Positions 1-9,334 of a stretch of DNA of 64,000 nt are shown piece after piece. The notes under the pieces are model-generated. The model was not told the DNA's origin and did not search any database. It saw only the letters and a list, made by a program, of their open reading frames with translations. Location of the stretch: positions 416,001-480,000 of the forward strand of contig OY782041.1 in assembly GCA_963677595.1 (NCBI GenBank), given 5' to 3'. The translations under genes and the position numbers were made by a program. Source of the DNA: Spirochaetia bacterium. GTDB taxonomy: Bacteria > Spirochaetota > Spirochaetia > CAKZLE01. Position 1 is the stretch's first letter, and each line of letters starts with the position of its first letter.

Positions 1-704
1 ACAAGCAGGTTGAGTTCCCTGAATGCCAGATCGAACTCATGGACTGAATGGTCCTCTCTCTTGGTGAGGAGTTCCTCGATGAGCGGCAGGCGCATCGGTC
101 TCTCACCGAACCCGGTCGCGACGAGTCTGGGATCCAGGCACTTCCTGTCAGCAGAGAACCACATGGAGAGGGCGAAGCTCATGATCACCTTCGAGGCACT
201 GGACTGCCGAACACGCCTGACAGCGCTTGCCTTCGAGTTTATGGGGATGAGGACTGCCGTGATCAGGTCGCCCCTGCTGGAATCCACGTACTCCTCGACC
301 GTGACGGTCGACCCGTCGGCAAGTTCGACTCTCGCCCCGAGCACGATCAGGCTCGGGACCAGCGCTGAATGGGTCCAGCATGCCGCTATATTCCCCCCGA
401 CCGTGGCCATGTTCCGGACGCTGCGCGAGTAGATCCCCCGGGCAGCCTCCTTGATCACCGGCATGACCAGGGTCGAGTCGATGAGTTCCTGCAGCCTGAC
501 GGCAGCACCGACCCTCAGGAGACCTCCCTCCAGGGATATCCCCCCCAGCCCCAGCTCACCGATCGATATCACGTTCGTATAGGGGGAAGCTGTATCCATG
601 TGGTTGATGCTCGTCCCCCCGGCATAATAGCCGGCATGACTGTAGTGTTCGTACAGGGAGACCGCCTCCTCAACCATCTGAGGTTGTTTAAAGTTCCTAA
701 TCAT
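1..704 (-). CDS. Xanthine dehydrogenase-family FAD-binding subunit (XdhB/YgfM/CoxM-like); C-terminus runs off the window
   Basis: Not in the ORF track. Read manually on the minus strand from ATG at 704 with GGAGG upstream: MIRNFKQPQMVEEAVSL..YYAGGTSIN..RNMATVGGNIA. AGGT and RNxAT(V/I)GGN are the FAD-binding motifs of this family. Confidence 0.8.
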   Translation of the reverse strand, partial: MIRNFKQPQMVEEAVSLYEHYSHAGYYAGGTSINHMDTASPYTNVISIGELGLGGISLEGGLLRVGAAVRLQELIDSTLVMPVIKEAARGIYSRSVRNMATVGGNIAACWTHSALVPSLIVLGARVELADGSTVTVEEYVDSSRGDLITAVLIPINSKASAVRRVRQSSASKVIMSFALSMWFSADRKCLDPRLVATGFGERPMRLPLIEELLTKREDHSVHEFDLAFRELNLL

Positions 705-775
705 CCAACCCTCCAAATCCTTTTCATATCTGTCCCCTGATTGTAGCCTGAATCTCCGTGAACTGCCATGGGCCT

Positions 776-1447
776 TTACTGTGCATCGCTCAAATAATCG
801 AGCAGCGAGACCTCCTCACCGGGCTCCTTCACGATCACCTCATGGTCCCACTCCTCGGTGAAGAGTTTCAGCATGAGGCGCTGGTCTCCCGTGATCTCAT
901 GGTACTCAAGATCGTAGAGTTCACAGAATTTCCTGGCAAGCTCCTTGTAGGGAGTCGTATCATACTCCCCGGTATCCACGACGGCTGCCCGCTCGTAGTG
1001 TTCCAGGACCATCCTGGTATACTGCTGCGCCAGCTCCTCCCCGTACCGTTCGATGTACTTGTCATACTCGAGCAGGTGGTAGGTCCCGTCCTCGGACTCG
1101 ATGAACCGTTTCGTGAGGAAGAGCGTCCCGATCGCCTCGTTCCGGTGTTTCTCGAAACAGGTTTGGGAGCCGCAGAAGAGGGCTATGCAGTCGTGGATCC
1201 TCGGGAGTATGAGACGGTGGTGCGCAGAGGTGAGCCCCACCGTCGCATTCGAGCAGAGACCGTAGCCGAGCACGATCGTATCCCCCTTGCCGGGAATCCC
1301 GTCGATCACCTCCTGGAGGTGTGACCTGAGGAGGTCCGGCTTCTCATGCAGGGAGAAGGATTGTCTCATGATGATCATATCATCCGGGATGATCGACCTG
1401 GATTCTACCAGGATCGTATCACAGATGATGAGGTAGGTCTTGCTCAT
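776..1447 (-). CDS. DUF1638-family protein (typical neighbour of corrinoid methyltransferases)
   Basis: Motifs LHEKPDLLR..LQEVID, LGYGLCSNATVGL, PRIHDCIALF and YIERYGEE. Confidence 0.75.
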   Translation of the reverse strand: MSKTYLIICDTILVESRSIIPDDMIIMRQSFSLHEKPDLLRSHLQEVIDGIPGKGDTIVLGYGLCSNATVGLTSAHHRLILPRIHDCIALFCGSQTCFEKHRNEAIGTLFLTKRFIESEDGTYHLLEYDKYIERYGEELAQQYTRMVLEHYERAAVVDTGEYDTTPYKELARKFCELYDLEYHEITGDQRLMLKLFTEEWDHEVIVKEPGEEVSLLDYLSDAQ

Positions 1448-1517
1448 ACTCCATTACTCATTAGTATTTACTCGTTCGCTGCAGGGCTCTCACCCCCTGC
1501 AGCGTATTCCCGCGGGA

Positions 1518-2213
1518 CTAGATGTTCAATGCCCCGATGATGATCGGGTCTGCCGCACCGCCTGCGGCTCCCCTGGTCACCAGCTGCTTGCAGAGGTCCA
1601 CGCATTCACTTGCGGTGTTCGAATACCCGTCTGCCTTGATCATCGTCGTCCACTGCGGGGTGACAGGTCCTCCTCCGAGGATGACCTGGTACTTCTCCCG
1701 CATGCCCATGGCACCGAGGGTCTCGATGAGTTCCTTCTGGTACGGGAGGCTGGTGGTGATCAGGGTCGAGCAGGCGATGATGGTCGCGTTCTCACGCTGT
1801 GCAGCATCGATATACTCCCTGACGCTCACGTCGATCCCGAGGTCGATGACCTTGAAGCCGTTAGCCGAGAGGATCGCCTTGACCAGGTTCTTCCCGATAT
1901 CGTGGTGGTCACCAGCCATCACGCCGAGCACGACCGTGCCGGAATCTGCACCTGCACCACCGTCTTCCCGGATCTTCGCAAGGAGCACGTCCATCGCCAT
2001 GGTGGCAGCGTCACCGGCGAGCATCAACTCAGGGAGGAAGGCCTCCCCGTTCTCGAACTGCTCACCCATCAGGTCCATCGCAGCCTGGATGCCGCCCCGG
2101 ATCATCTCGAGGGGGTCTATGCCCTCCGCGATACTCTCCTGGGCGATCTCGAGTGCGTCATCCTCTTCACCTTCGATGACTGCATCATATAGTCTTTTGA
2201 TCAATTCGCTCAT
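1518..2213 (-). CDS. Cobalamin-binding corrinoid protein (MtmC/MtbC/MttC-like)
   Basis: Cap domain (GEAFLPELM) plus B12 motif GDHHDIGKNLV, DLGIDV and GGGPV. Confidence 0.93.
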   Translation of the reverse strand: MSELIKRLYDAVIEGEEDDALEIAQESIAEGIDPLEMIRGGIQAAMDLMGEQFENGEAFLPELMLAGDAATMAMDVLLAKIREDGGAGADSGTVVLGVMAGDHHDIGKNLVKAILSANGFKVIDLGIDVSVREYIDAAQRENATIIACSTLITTSLPYQKELIETLGAMGMREKYQVILGGGPVTPQWTTMIKADGYSNTASECVDLCKQLVTRGAAGGAADPIIIGALNI

Positions 2214-2248
2214 ATCTGTATTTCTCCTAAACTCTTGTTACTTCGTGA

Positions 2249-3634
2249 TCAGATTGCATCAAGCGGCAGGCCGAACTCTTTCGCCCTGGTCCGTACTTCG
2301 TTGTATGCAGCCTCTGCTTCCGGCAGCGGGCGGAAGTTCTTGAGGTCCCACACTTCCTGTACCGGCTTCCCGATGTTCGGGGTCTTTATATTCGCCTCGA
2401 ATTCCGGGAGGAACTCATTAGCCAGGTCGTTCACGGCCGAGAGGTCCATACCGGATGCAGCATGGGCAACCTCAGCACACCATCGGCAGTCGAGGGGTGA
2501 GAGGTAGTCATTGAACTTCCCGCCTGCTGATCTCGGGCCTGTCGAGAAGGATGCACCTGAAGCGGCGATGATCGATACACCTACGAGCGTCTCGTAGAGC
2601 AGTTCCTTCGTTCCCGGACCCGACACCTGGTTCGCGATACCGTGGGTCAGGAGATGGGTGTTCCTGCTCAGAGCCTGGTGGGTCATGCTCAATGCCCAGA
2701 GGCCTTCCCGGTTCACGTTGGAGAGGTACCTGATGTCGTAGAGCTCCCCGCCGCCGACGGTCGAGAAGAGTACGGCATACTGGAGCAGTGACGCCGCGAT
2801 GCTCGAGATGACCGCACCCTCGGGAGGTCCCGGCATCCCGCCGATCATTCCCGGAGAACCGGCGAATACCATACCGCCCATGGCGAGGGTATGTACTACC
2901 TTGTGCATGGTCTGGTTGTTGATCTTCATCTCCGAAGGATAGAGGATCAGTGAGAGGTCGGTGGTATAGAAGTTGTCCCGTGTCCCATAGCAGAACTGGC
3001 CGAACTCGGTGACCGCGGAGATGTTCCCGATACCGGGCATACCTTCTCTTCCTGCTTTTCGCCGGAGCACCCGGTGCATACGTCCCTGCTCATAGCAGAG
3101 CAGGGTCTCTGACGGGTCACCGGGGAGGGCCTCCAAGCCGTTGATCGCAGTGAGCGACCCGCTCTCGAGCAAGTCGACCTGCGGCTGGCGTGCGATCCCT
3201 TCAGTGATCCAGGGCCATGCCTCTTCCGACATGGTGATCCCCAGCGATGACCCGAAGAGCATCGGGGTGGGGTCTGAGGGGGTACGTGACTTCATGATCC
3301 GCTTGTCGTGCCCGAACCCGAGCTCGACCTCTGACGGTGCGAGGTGGAGCGTGGTCACGAGCTCCTCTTCATCTATCTTGATGATCCTGTCGCGTGCCTC
3401 GTTGAGCATGCCGAGTTCCAGGGCAAGTTCGAAGCCTGCCTTGTAGAACTCATCGGCAAGCTCCATATCGGTGTTGACAGGGTTCTCCTTGTCAACGGTC
3501 TTCTGCAGGTTGTACTTCTTCAGCATCGACTTGACAGCCTTGGGGACTCGCTTCACATCCCAGTCATGGGCGCTGCAGTACTCACCTTCTCGAGACCTGC
3601 GCAGGATCTCGGTAAGATCAGGTTTCTGTTTCAT
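2249..3634 (-). CDS. mtmB: Monomethylamine methyltransferase MtmB-family protein lacking pyrrolysine
   Basis: Full-length similarity, by recall, to Methanosarcina MtmB (GExC..DWD, KAGFE, AGRxGM, GP.T.E.L.E, EVA.A..G). No internal stop. Start placed at ATG 3634 after GGAGAA. Confidence 0.85.
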   Translation of the reverse strand: MKQKPDLTEILRRSREGEYCSAHDWDVKRVPKAVKSMLKKYNLQKTVDKENPVNTDMELADEFYKAGFELALELGMLNEARDRIIKIDEEELVTTLHLAPSEVELGFGHDKRIMKSRTPSDPTPMLFGSSLGITMSEEAWPWITEGIARQPQVDLLESGSLTAINGLEALPGDPSETLLCYEQGRMHRVLRRKAGREGMPGIGNISAVTEFGQFCYGTRDNFYTTDLSLILYPSEMKINNQTMHKVVHTLAMGGMVFAGSPGMIGGMPGPPEGAVISSIAASLLQYAVLFSTVGGGELYDIRYLSNVNREGLWALSMTHQALSRNTHLLTHGIANQVSGPGTKELLYETLVGVSIIAASGASFSTGPRSAGGKFNDYLSPLDCRWCAEVAHAASGMDLSAVNDLANEFLPEFEANIKTPNIGKPVQEVWDLKNFRPLPEAEAAYNEVRTRAKEFGLPLDAI

Positions 3635-3755
3635 ACTATTCTCCTTAACCAAATGTTTGACTTCTTCATCTCAGGAGGCAGCGGCCTCCCGTGTTTATCC
3701 TCGCATACGGCTTCCTGTCGTGCAGTATCGTATATGAGCTATCCATCTTCACCAA

Positions 3756-3804
3756 ACAAGCTCCTGGTTTTAGACTTGTCCCGGACAAGGTTGCGAATGC
3801 TTGC
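3756..3804 (-). promoter_or_regulatory. Putative cis-regulatory RNA motif, copy 1 (mtmB leader)
   Basis: CGCAAC-[CUUGUC CGG GACAAG]-UCUAAAACCAG, shared with the copy at 10591-10645. Confidence 0.5.
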
Positions 3805-3847
3805 AGGTCGGCCTACGCCTTGACGTCGATCTCCCTATCCTACCTCC

Positions 3848-5704
3848 TTACTCATTCGCTGCACCCTCGAAGTACATATTCATAGCCAGGTCCCTGGAAA
3901 AACCCTTCCGACCTGACAGGTCGATGATCCTCATCTCATTCCTCATGGTCTCGCACCGGTCCCGGAACTCCCTGCTCAGCAGGGCAGAGACGGCGCTCCT
4001 GCCCGAAGTGTTCCCGACACAGACCACCCGGTCGGCAAGCTGCGGCGGGATCAGACCGATCTCCGCAGCACTCGATATCCTGATGCGGCTGCCGAAGCCC
4101 CCGGCGATGTAGAGACGGCTGACCTCATCAGCCGTGATCCCTGCTTCATCGAGGAGCGCCTCGATCCCGGTACGGATCGCTGACTTGGCAAGCTGGATCT
4201 CCCTGATGTCAGCCTGGGAGAGGTAGACGGTCTCCCCGGAGATGGTGAAGGCAGGTTTCCCCTTCACTTCAGCCATCCTCGAGGATAGCGCATGTTCACC
4301 TCTGGCAAAGCGTCCTTTCCGGTCGACGAGTCCTTCCCTGACGAGGAGTGCGGTCACATCGAGCACCCCGGATCCGCAGACGGCTGCGGGGACCTGGTCG
4401 TGGATGGTCGTGAACCGCAGCGCTTCCCCGTCATAGGATACACTGTCGATCGCCCCGGAGACCCCGCCTGACCCGCAGGAGAGGTTCGCCCCCTCGAAGG
4501 CAGGGCCGGCGGCAGTCGAACAGGCGAAGAGTCCTGCTGGACTTTTCAGGACGATCTCCCCATTGGTCCCGATATCGACGAAGAGGGAACACTCATCAGC
4601 TGTGTCCAGATGGACCGCAGCAGCCCCCCCCACGATATCGGCCCCGATGTACCCAGAGGCACTCGGGAGCAGGTAGACGGAACATCCTTCAAGTTCGCTG
4701 AAGAGATCCCGGATGATCTGAGAGGAGGTGAAGACCGGATTGAACGGTACCCTGCTGATGCTGCCTGCATCGATCCCGAGCAGGAGATGCAGCATGGTGG
4801 TGTTCCCTGCGACGGCACAGGAGGTGACCTGCCCGGTCATGATCCCGTTCCGCCCGCAGAGCTCCAGGATCATCTCCTGCAGCTGTTCGGTGATCACACG
4901 TGCGAGCTCTTCAGAGCCTTTTGCCTTTATCAGGGTATAGCCGATACGGGCGATGACATCGGCACCCGCGATGTGCTGTGCGTTCAGGGCCGATTCGGTA
5001 TCGATGATCTCCCCGGATGAGAGGTCCACCAGGTAACATGCTACGGTAGTCGTCCCGATATCGACTGCGATACCGTAGAATCGTTCCACGCCCTCAGCAG
5101 GGCAGACTGAGATGACAGTCCCGTCGCAGATATGTGCCCAGATCCCTGCCGGCTGCTTCATGTCCATGAGATGCCGCATCATGACCGGCAGCTGGTGGAG
5201 CACGACAGGAGAGACATCCGCCACGGCGATACCGCACTGGTCAGACAGGGCTTCTATGACCCGCAGGGCACCATCTCGGTTATCGTCGAAGGTCGGGACA
5301 CTCATCATGACACGGAAGCTCTCGACAAGCCGTCCCTGCAGGTGGTCCTCAGACTCTCCTGAGAACCCGGTCTCGACCTCCATGATGCGCTGTTCTGCAG
5401 CTTCGGCAATGGTGAGGTCACCCTCAGCAGTCGCATAGCAGGCAAGCCTGATACCCGCGATGATATCATCCTCACTGAGGTGCTGTTCCTCCTGGGGTCC
5501 CATCGGGGAGACTTCACCGGAGATGATGCGGATCCTGCACTTCCCGCAGGTCCCCGCTCCCCCGCAGGGACTCGTATACCCGAAGGCCTGTCCGCTGTCT
5601 GTTATCATGCTGCTGATCACGGTATGGAGATCGGTCCCGAACGCTGCCTTGGTAGTGAGTTTCTGGGGTATCATGGTTATACTGCAGCTGCGTGCCTCAG
5701 ACAT
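3848..5704 (-). CDS. Reductive activator of corrinoid proteins (RamA/RACo; 2Fe-2S + ASKHA ATPase)
   Basis: N-terminal CGGAGTCGKC..RLAC ferredoxin, then DIGTTT, GADVIARI, GNTTM, DIGTNGE, AAGPAFEG, CGSG and AGGFG. Confidence 0.92.
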   Translation of the reverse strand: MSEARSCSITMIPQKLTTKAAFGTDLHTVISSMITDSGQAFGYTSPCGGAGTCGKCRIRIISGEVSPMGPQEEQHLSEDDIIAGIRLACYATAEGDLTIAEAAEQRIMEVETGFSGESEDHLQGRLVESFRVMMSVPTFDDNRDGALRVIEALSDQCGIAVADVSPVVLHQLPVMMRHLMDMKQPAGIWAHICDGTVISVCPAEGVERFYGIAVDIGTTTVACYLVDLSSGEIIDTESALNAQHIAGADVIARIGYTLIKAKGSEELARVITEQLQEMILELCGRNGIMTGQVTSCAVAGNTTMLHLLLGIDAGSISRVPFNPVFTSSQIIRDLFSELEGCSVYLLPSASGYIGADIVGGAAAVHLDTADECSLFVDIGTNGEIVLKSPAGLFACSTAAGPAFEGANLSCGSGGVSGAIDSVSYDGEALRFTTIHDQVPAAVCGSGVLDVTALLVREGLVDRKGRFARGEHALSSRMAEVKGKPAFTISGETVYLSQADIREIQLAKSAIRTGIEALLDEAGITADEVSRLYIAGGFGSRIRISSAAEIGLIPPQLADRVVCVGNTSGRSAVSALLSREFRDRCETMRNEMRIIDLSGRKGFSRDLAMNMYFEGAANE

Positions 5705-5710
5705 AGATAC

Positions 5711-6652
5711 TTACCGTTCCTCCCTGAAGTAGGGGACGCCGAGGCTCTGCGGGGCATTCCCCCGGGCCTTTCGCCTCATCGAGTCGAGCACCAGGACGAT
5801 GATCGTCATGACGTAGGGCAGCGAGTCAAGGACGTAGATCGAGACCGGCAGGTCGAACTGCTGCAGGCGGAATCCCACGATATTGAGCCCGCCGAAGAAG
5901 AGCGCACCGAGGAACGCCCGGTAGGGGTTCCATTTGGAGAAGATGACCAGCGCCACAGCGATCCATCCCCGCCCGGAGATGATCGAGTCCTGCCATGCAG
6001 GTACATAGATCAGGGAGAGGTACCCTCCGGCGAGGCCGCAGAGCACCCCGCCGATGGCAAGGTGGATGTAGCGGTACTTGATGACCGAGATCCCGAGGGA
6101 GTCTGCAGCCCTCGGGTTCTCTCCGACCATCGACCCGTTCAGGCCGTATCGTGTCTTATAGAGATAGATCCCGACGACCACGATCAGCACATACGTGATA
6201 TAGATCATGTAGTCCTGGTTGAAGAGGATCTCACCGATGACCGGGATATCACCCAACAGGGGGATCTTCACCTTCACGAAGGTGGAGATGATCCTCTCTG
6301 GGGCCCTCGTCCCGATGATCGGCGTCCCGATGAAGCCGGCGAAGCCGGTACCGAACATCGTCAGGGTGAGCCCGGTGACGATCTGGTTGGCCCGCAGGGT
6401 GATGGTGACGAAACCGAAGATCATGGCCCCGAGCACACCGGCGAGGGCCGCTGCGATGAATGACAGGAGTGGGCTCGCTGTCTGGAGGGATACCATGAAC
6501 CCGATGATCGCACCCATGTACATCATACCCTCGACACCGAGGTTGAGCGAACCGCTCTTCTCGGTGACGAGCTCCCCCATCGTGGCGAGGAGGAGCGGGG
6601 TCCCGGCAACCACGGCGGCCCCGAGAAAACAAACGAACCAGTTCAGGTCCAT
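5711..6652 (-). CDS. ABC permease, nucleoside/CUT2 family (YufQ/NupC-like)
   Basis: EKSGSLNLGVEGMM, GENPRAADSLGI, GRGWIAVALV and P.SLG.PY. Confidence 0.92.
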   Translation of the reverse strand: MDLNWFVCFLGAAVVAGTPLLLATMGELVTEKSGSLNLGVEGMMYMGAIIGFMVSLQTASPLLSFIAAALAGVLGAMIFGFVTITLRANQIVTGLTLTMFGTGFAGFIGTPIIGTRAPERIISTFVKVKIPLLGDIPVIGEILFNQDYMIYITYVLIVVVGIYLYKTRYGLNGSMVGENPRAADSLGISVIKYRYIHLAIGGVLCGLAGGYLSLIYVPAWQDSIISGRGWIAVALVIFSKWNPYRAFLGALFFGGLNIVGFRLQQFDLPVSIYVLDSLPYVMTIIVLVLDSMRRKARGNAPQSLGVPYFREER

Positions 6653-6653
6653 A

Positions 6654-7730
6654 TCATGCGCCTCCCTTTGCTGAAGTCACTCGCTTCGATTCCCGGATCA
6701 CCCGGTACTTGAGGAAGAACTCGCTTCCCAGGACGAAGAAGAGGATGAGTCCCTGCAGCAGCGATGCTGCTGCCTGGGGTATCTGGAACACGGTCTGGAT
6801 ATAGGATCCTCCCTCCACCATGACGGCAAAGAGGAAGGAGACGACCAGGATGGCTATGGCATTGAGCTGGCCGAGCCAGGCGATGATGATCGCGGTATAC
6901 CCTACCCCGTTGCTTACATCTATACTCAGGGTCATGTTCACCCCGGAGACCTGGATCATACCGACGATCCCGCAGATCCCCCCGCTGATGAAGAGGGTCC
7001 CGAGGATGATCTTCGAGGTAGGCATGCCCGCATAGCGGGCTGTCGCCTCGTTCTCCCCGATGACCCGGATCTCATAGCCTCGTTTGGTGTAGTTGATGAA
7101 GAGGTAGATGAGGACGACCAGCACGGGTACGAGGATGATCCCGATATGGACGCCGAACAGCTTGGGCAGCTGGGCGTTCTTCACGAGGTTCGGGATCTTC
7201 GGGTAGCCGAATGCGTGTTCATCCTTCCAAGCCACGTACTGCAGGTAGGTGATCCACTTCAATGCCACGTAGTTGAGCATGAGGGTGAGGATCGTCTCAT
7301 TGGTCTTGAACTTCACCTTGAGGAATGCCGGGATCAGTGCCCACAGCCCGCCGCCGACGAGTCCCGCAGCCACCATGAGCGGCAGCAGGATGATCTTCGG
7401 GAGCGACTGGAAGTTGAGGCCGACATAGGTGGCGGCAGCTGCCCCCATCATGATCTGCCCTTCCCCGCCGATATTCCAGAACTTCATCCTGAAGGATAAG
7501 CCTATCCCGAGGGCAGTCAGGGCATAGGGGATGGTCCTCGTGAGGGTCTCCCGGACACGGTAGCCGGATCCCAGGCCCCCGTCTATCATGGAGGCGTAGA
7601 CCTCGAACGGGTTATGCCCGAGGAAGAGCAGGAGGAATCCCGAGAGGGTGAATGCAAGAAGGATCGCATAGACGCGCACGCGGATCTTCTTGGCCATGGA
7701 ACAGGTTTCAAGCGGTACGATCCTAGCCAT
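6654..7730 (-). CDS. ABC permease, nucleoside/CUT2 family (YufP/NupB-like)
   Basis: WNIGGEGQ, NETILTLMLNY and GENEATARYAG. Confidence 0.92.
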   Translation of the reverse strand: MARIVPLETCSMAKKIRVRVYAILLAFTLSGFLLLFLGHNPFEVYASMIDGGLGSGYRVRETLTRTIPYALTALGIGLSFRMKFWNIGGEGQIMMGAAAATYVGLNFQSLPKIILLPLMVAAGLVGGGLWALIPAFLKVKFKTNETILTLMLNYVALKWITYLQYVAWKDEHAFGYPKIPNLVKNAQLPKLFGVHIGIILVPVLVVLIYLFINYTKRGYEIRVIGENEATARYAGMPTSKIILGTLFISGGICGIVGMIQVSGVNMTLSIDVSNGVGYTAIIIAWLGQLNAIAILVVSFLFAVMVEGGSYIQTVFQIPQAAASLLQGLILFFVLGSEFFLKYRVIRESKRVTSAKGGA

Positions 7731-9249
7731 TGCTGCACTCCTCCCCGATCGTCGTCATCAGGACTCCCAGTTCATTCTTCGTGATCTCGTCAGGGTTCGC
7801 GATCCCTGAGACCTGTCCGCAATAGAGGACCATGACCCGGTCGCAGACTTCCAGCAGCAGGTCCAGATCCTCTGCCAGGAGCAGGACCCCGGCCCCTCTG
7901 GCCTTCTGCTCATTGAGCAGTTCGATGACCTTGTGGGTGACCCCGAGATCGAGTCCCCGTACGGGGTAGGAGGCGATGAGGACCTTCGGGTCACTCATGA
8001 TCTCACGCCCGATGAGTATCTTCTGCAGGTTGCCGCCCGAGAGAACGCTGATCGGCCGGTCGATCCCGGGATGCATGACATCGAGGGATTCGACGAGCCG
8101 TTCGGTCATCTCGTAGGCACGCTTCGAGTCGATGAAGATCCCCTTGCCTGCATGGTAGTCACGGAGCATGACGTTGTCGACGAGGCTCATGCTGCCGACC
8201 AGTCCCATCCCGAGCCGGTCCTCAGGCACGAAGTTGATCGGGACGACACCCTGCCGGAAGATCTCACTCGCGCTCTTGCCTGCGATCTCCTTCCCGTTCG
8301 CCTTCACCGACCCGGAATCTATCTTCTGCAGGCCTACCAGGGCCTGGCAGAGCTGTTTCTGGCCGCTCCCCGATACCCCGGCCACGCCGAGGATCTCGCC
8401 GGCATGGAGGTCGAAGGAGACGCCCCTGAGCTGCCGCATCGCTGCGGCATCATTTACGTGGAGGTCACTCACCTCCAGGACGACGTCTCCAGCGGGGACC
8501 CTCAGCCTCGGGAACTCCATCTTCATGGACTTCCCGACCATGATATCAGCGAGCTCCTTCTGGGTCGTCTCTGCCGTACTGAGGGTCTTCACGACCCTTC
8601 CCTTGCGCATGATGGTGACACGGTCGCTGATCTCCATGACCTCATACAGCTTATGGGTGATGATGATCGCTGTCTTACCAGCATCACGCATAGTCCGGAT
8701 GATGGAGAAGAGCCGTTCGGTCTCCTGCGGGGTCAGTACGGTGGTTGGTTCATCAAGGATGAGGATCTCAGCCCCCCGGTAGAGGACCTTGAGGATCTCC
8801 AGTGTCTGCTTCTGCCCGACGCCCATGTCCGAGACATAAGCTTCCAGGTCCAGAGAGAGACCTGTCTCCCGGCAGATCTCAGCGATCCGTTTACGGCAGC
8901 CCTTCCTGTCAAGGAAGAGTGAGCCGTTCGGCCCCGCTATGATATTCTGCCAGGCCTTCATGGCATCCACCAGCTTGAAATGCTGGTAGATCATGCCGAT
9001 GCCTGCATCGATGGAGTCTTGGGGAGAGCCGAAAGTCTCCTCGCTGCCGTCGATCATGATGGTCCCGGCATCGGGGGTGTAGATCCCTGAGAGGATGTTC
9101 ATCAAGGTACTCTTGCCCGCCCCGTTCTCGCCGAGGATGGCATGCACCTCTCCCCGCCTGATGTCCAGGTCCACATCGTCATTGGCCTTGAGGGGACCGA
9201 ATTCCTTGGTGATCCCCCGCATGCTGATCACGACTTCATTACTCACCAT
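7723..9249 (-). CDS. ABC ATPase with two NBDs (nucleoside/sugar importer, YufO/NupA-like)
   Basis: GENGAGKST, LDEPT and LSGGNLQK. Start placed after GGAG. Confidence 0.93.
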   Translation of the reverse strand: MVSNEVVISMRGITKEFGPLKANDDVDLDIRRGEVHAILGENGAGKSTLMNILSGIYTPDAGTIMIDGSEETFGSPQDSIDAGIGMIYQHFKLVDAMKAWQNIIAGPNGSLFLDRKGCRKRIAEICRETGLSLDLEAYVSDMGVGQKQTLEILKVLYRGAEILILDEPTTVLTPQETERLFSIIRTMRDAGKTAIIITHKLYEVMEISDRVTIMRKGRVVKTLSTAETTQKELADIMVGKSMKMEFPRLRVPAGDVVLEVSDLHVNDAAAMRQLRGVSFDLHAGEILGVAGVSGSGQKQLCQALVGLQKIDSGSVKANGKEIAGKSASEIFRQGVVPINFVPEDRLGMGLVGSMSLVDNVMLRDYHAGKGIFIDSKRAYEMTERLVESLDVMHPGIDRPISVLSGGNLQKILIGREIMSDPKVLIASYPVRGLDLGVTHKVIELLNEQKARGAGVLLLAEDLDLLLEVCDRVMVLYCGQVSGIANPDEITKNELGVLMTTIGEECSNG

Positions 9250-9334
9250 ATACTCCTGCATCTTATACGAAGAAGATGCTGAGGAATGAGCGGGGACCGC
9301 TCATTCCTTTGCATCATATAAACTGACTTGCTGG

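Noticed and set aside
2249-3634. Pyrrolysine recoding in mtmB
   Set aside because: There is no in-frame TAG and no pyl genes or tRNA-Pyl in the window. The UCUAAA in the leader motif lacks a tRNA cloverleaf.
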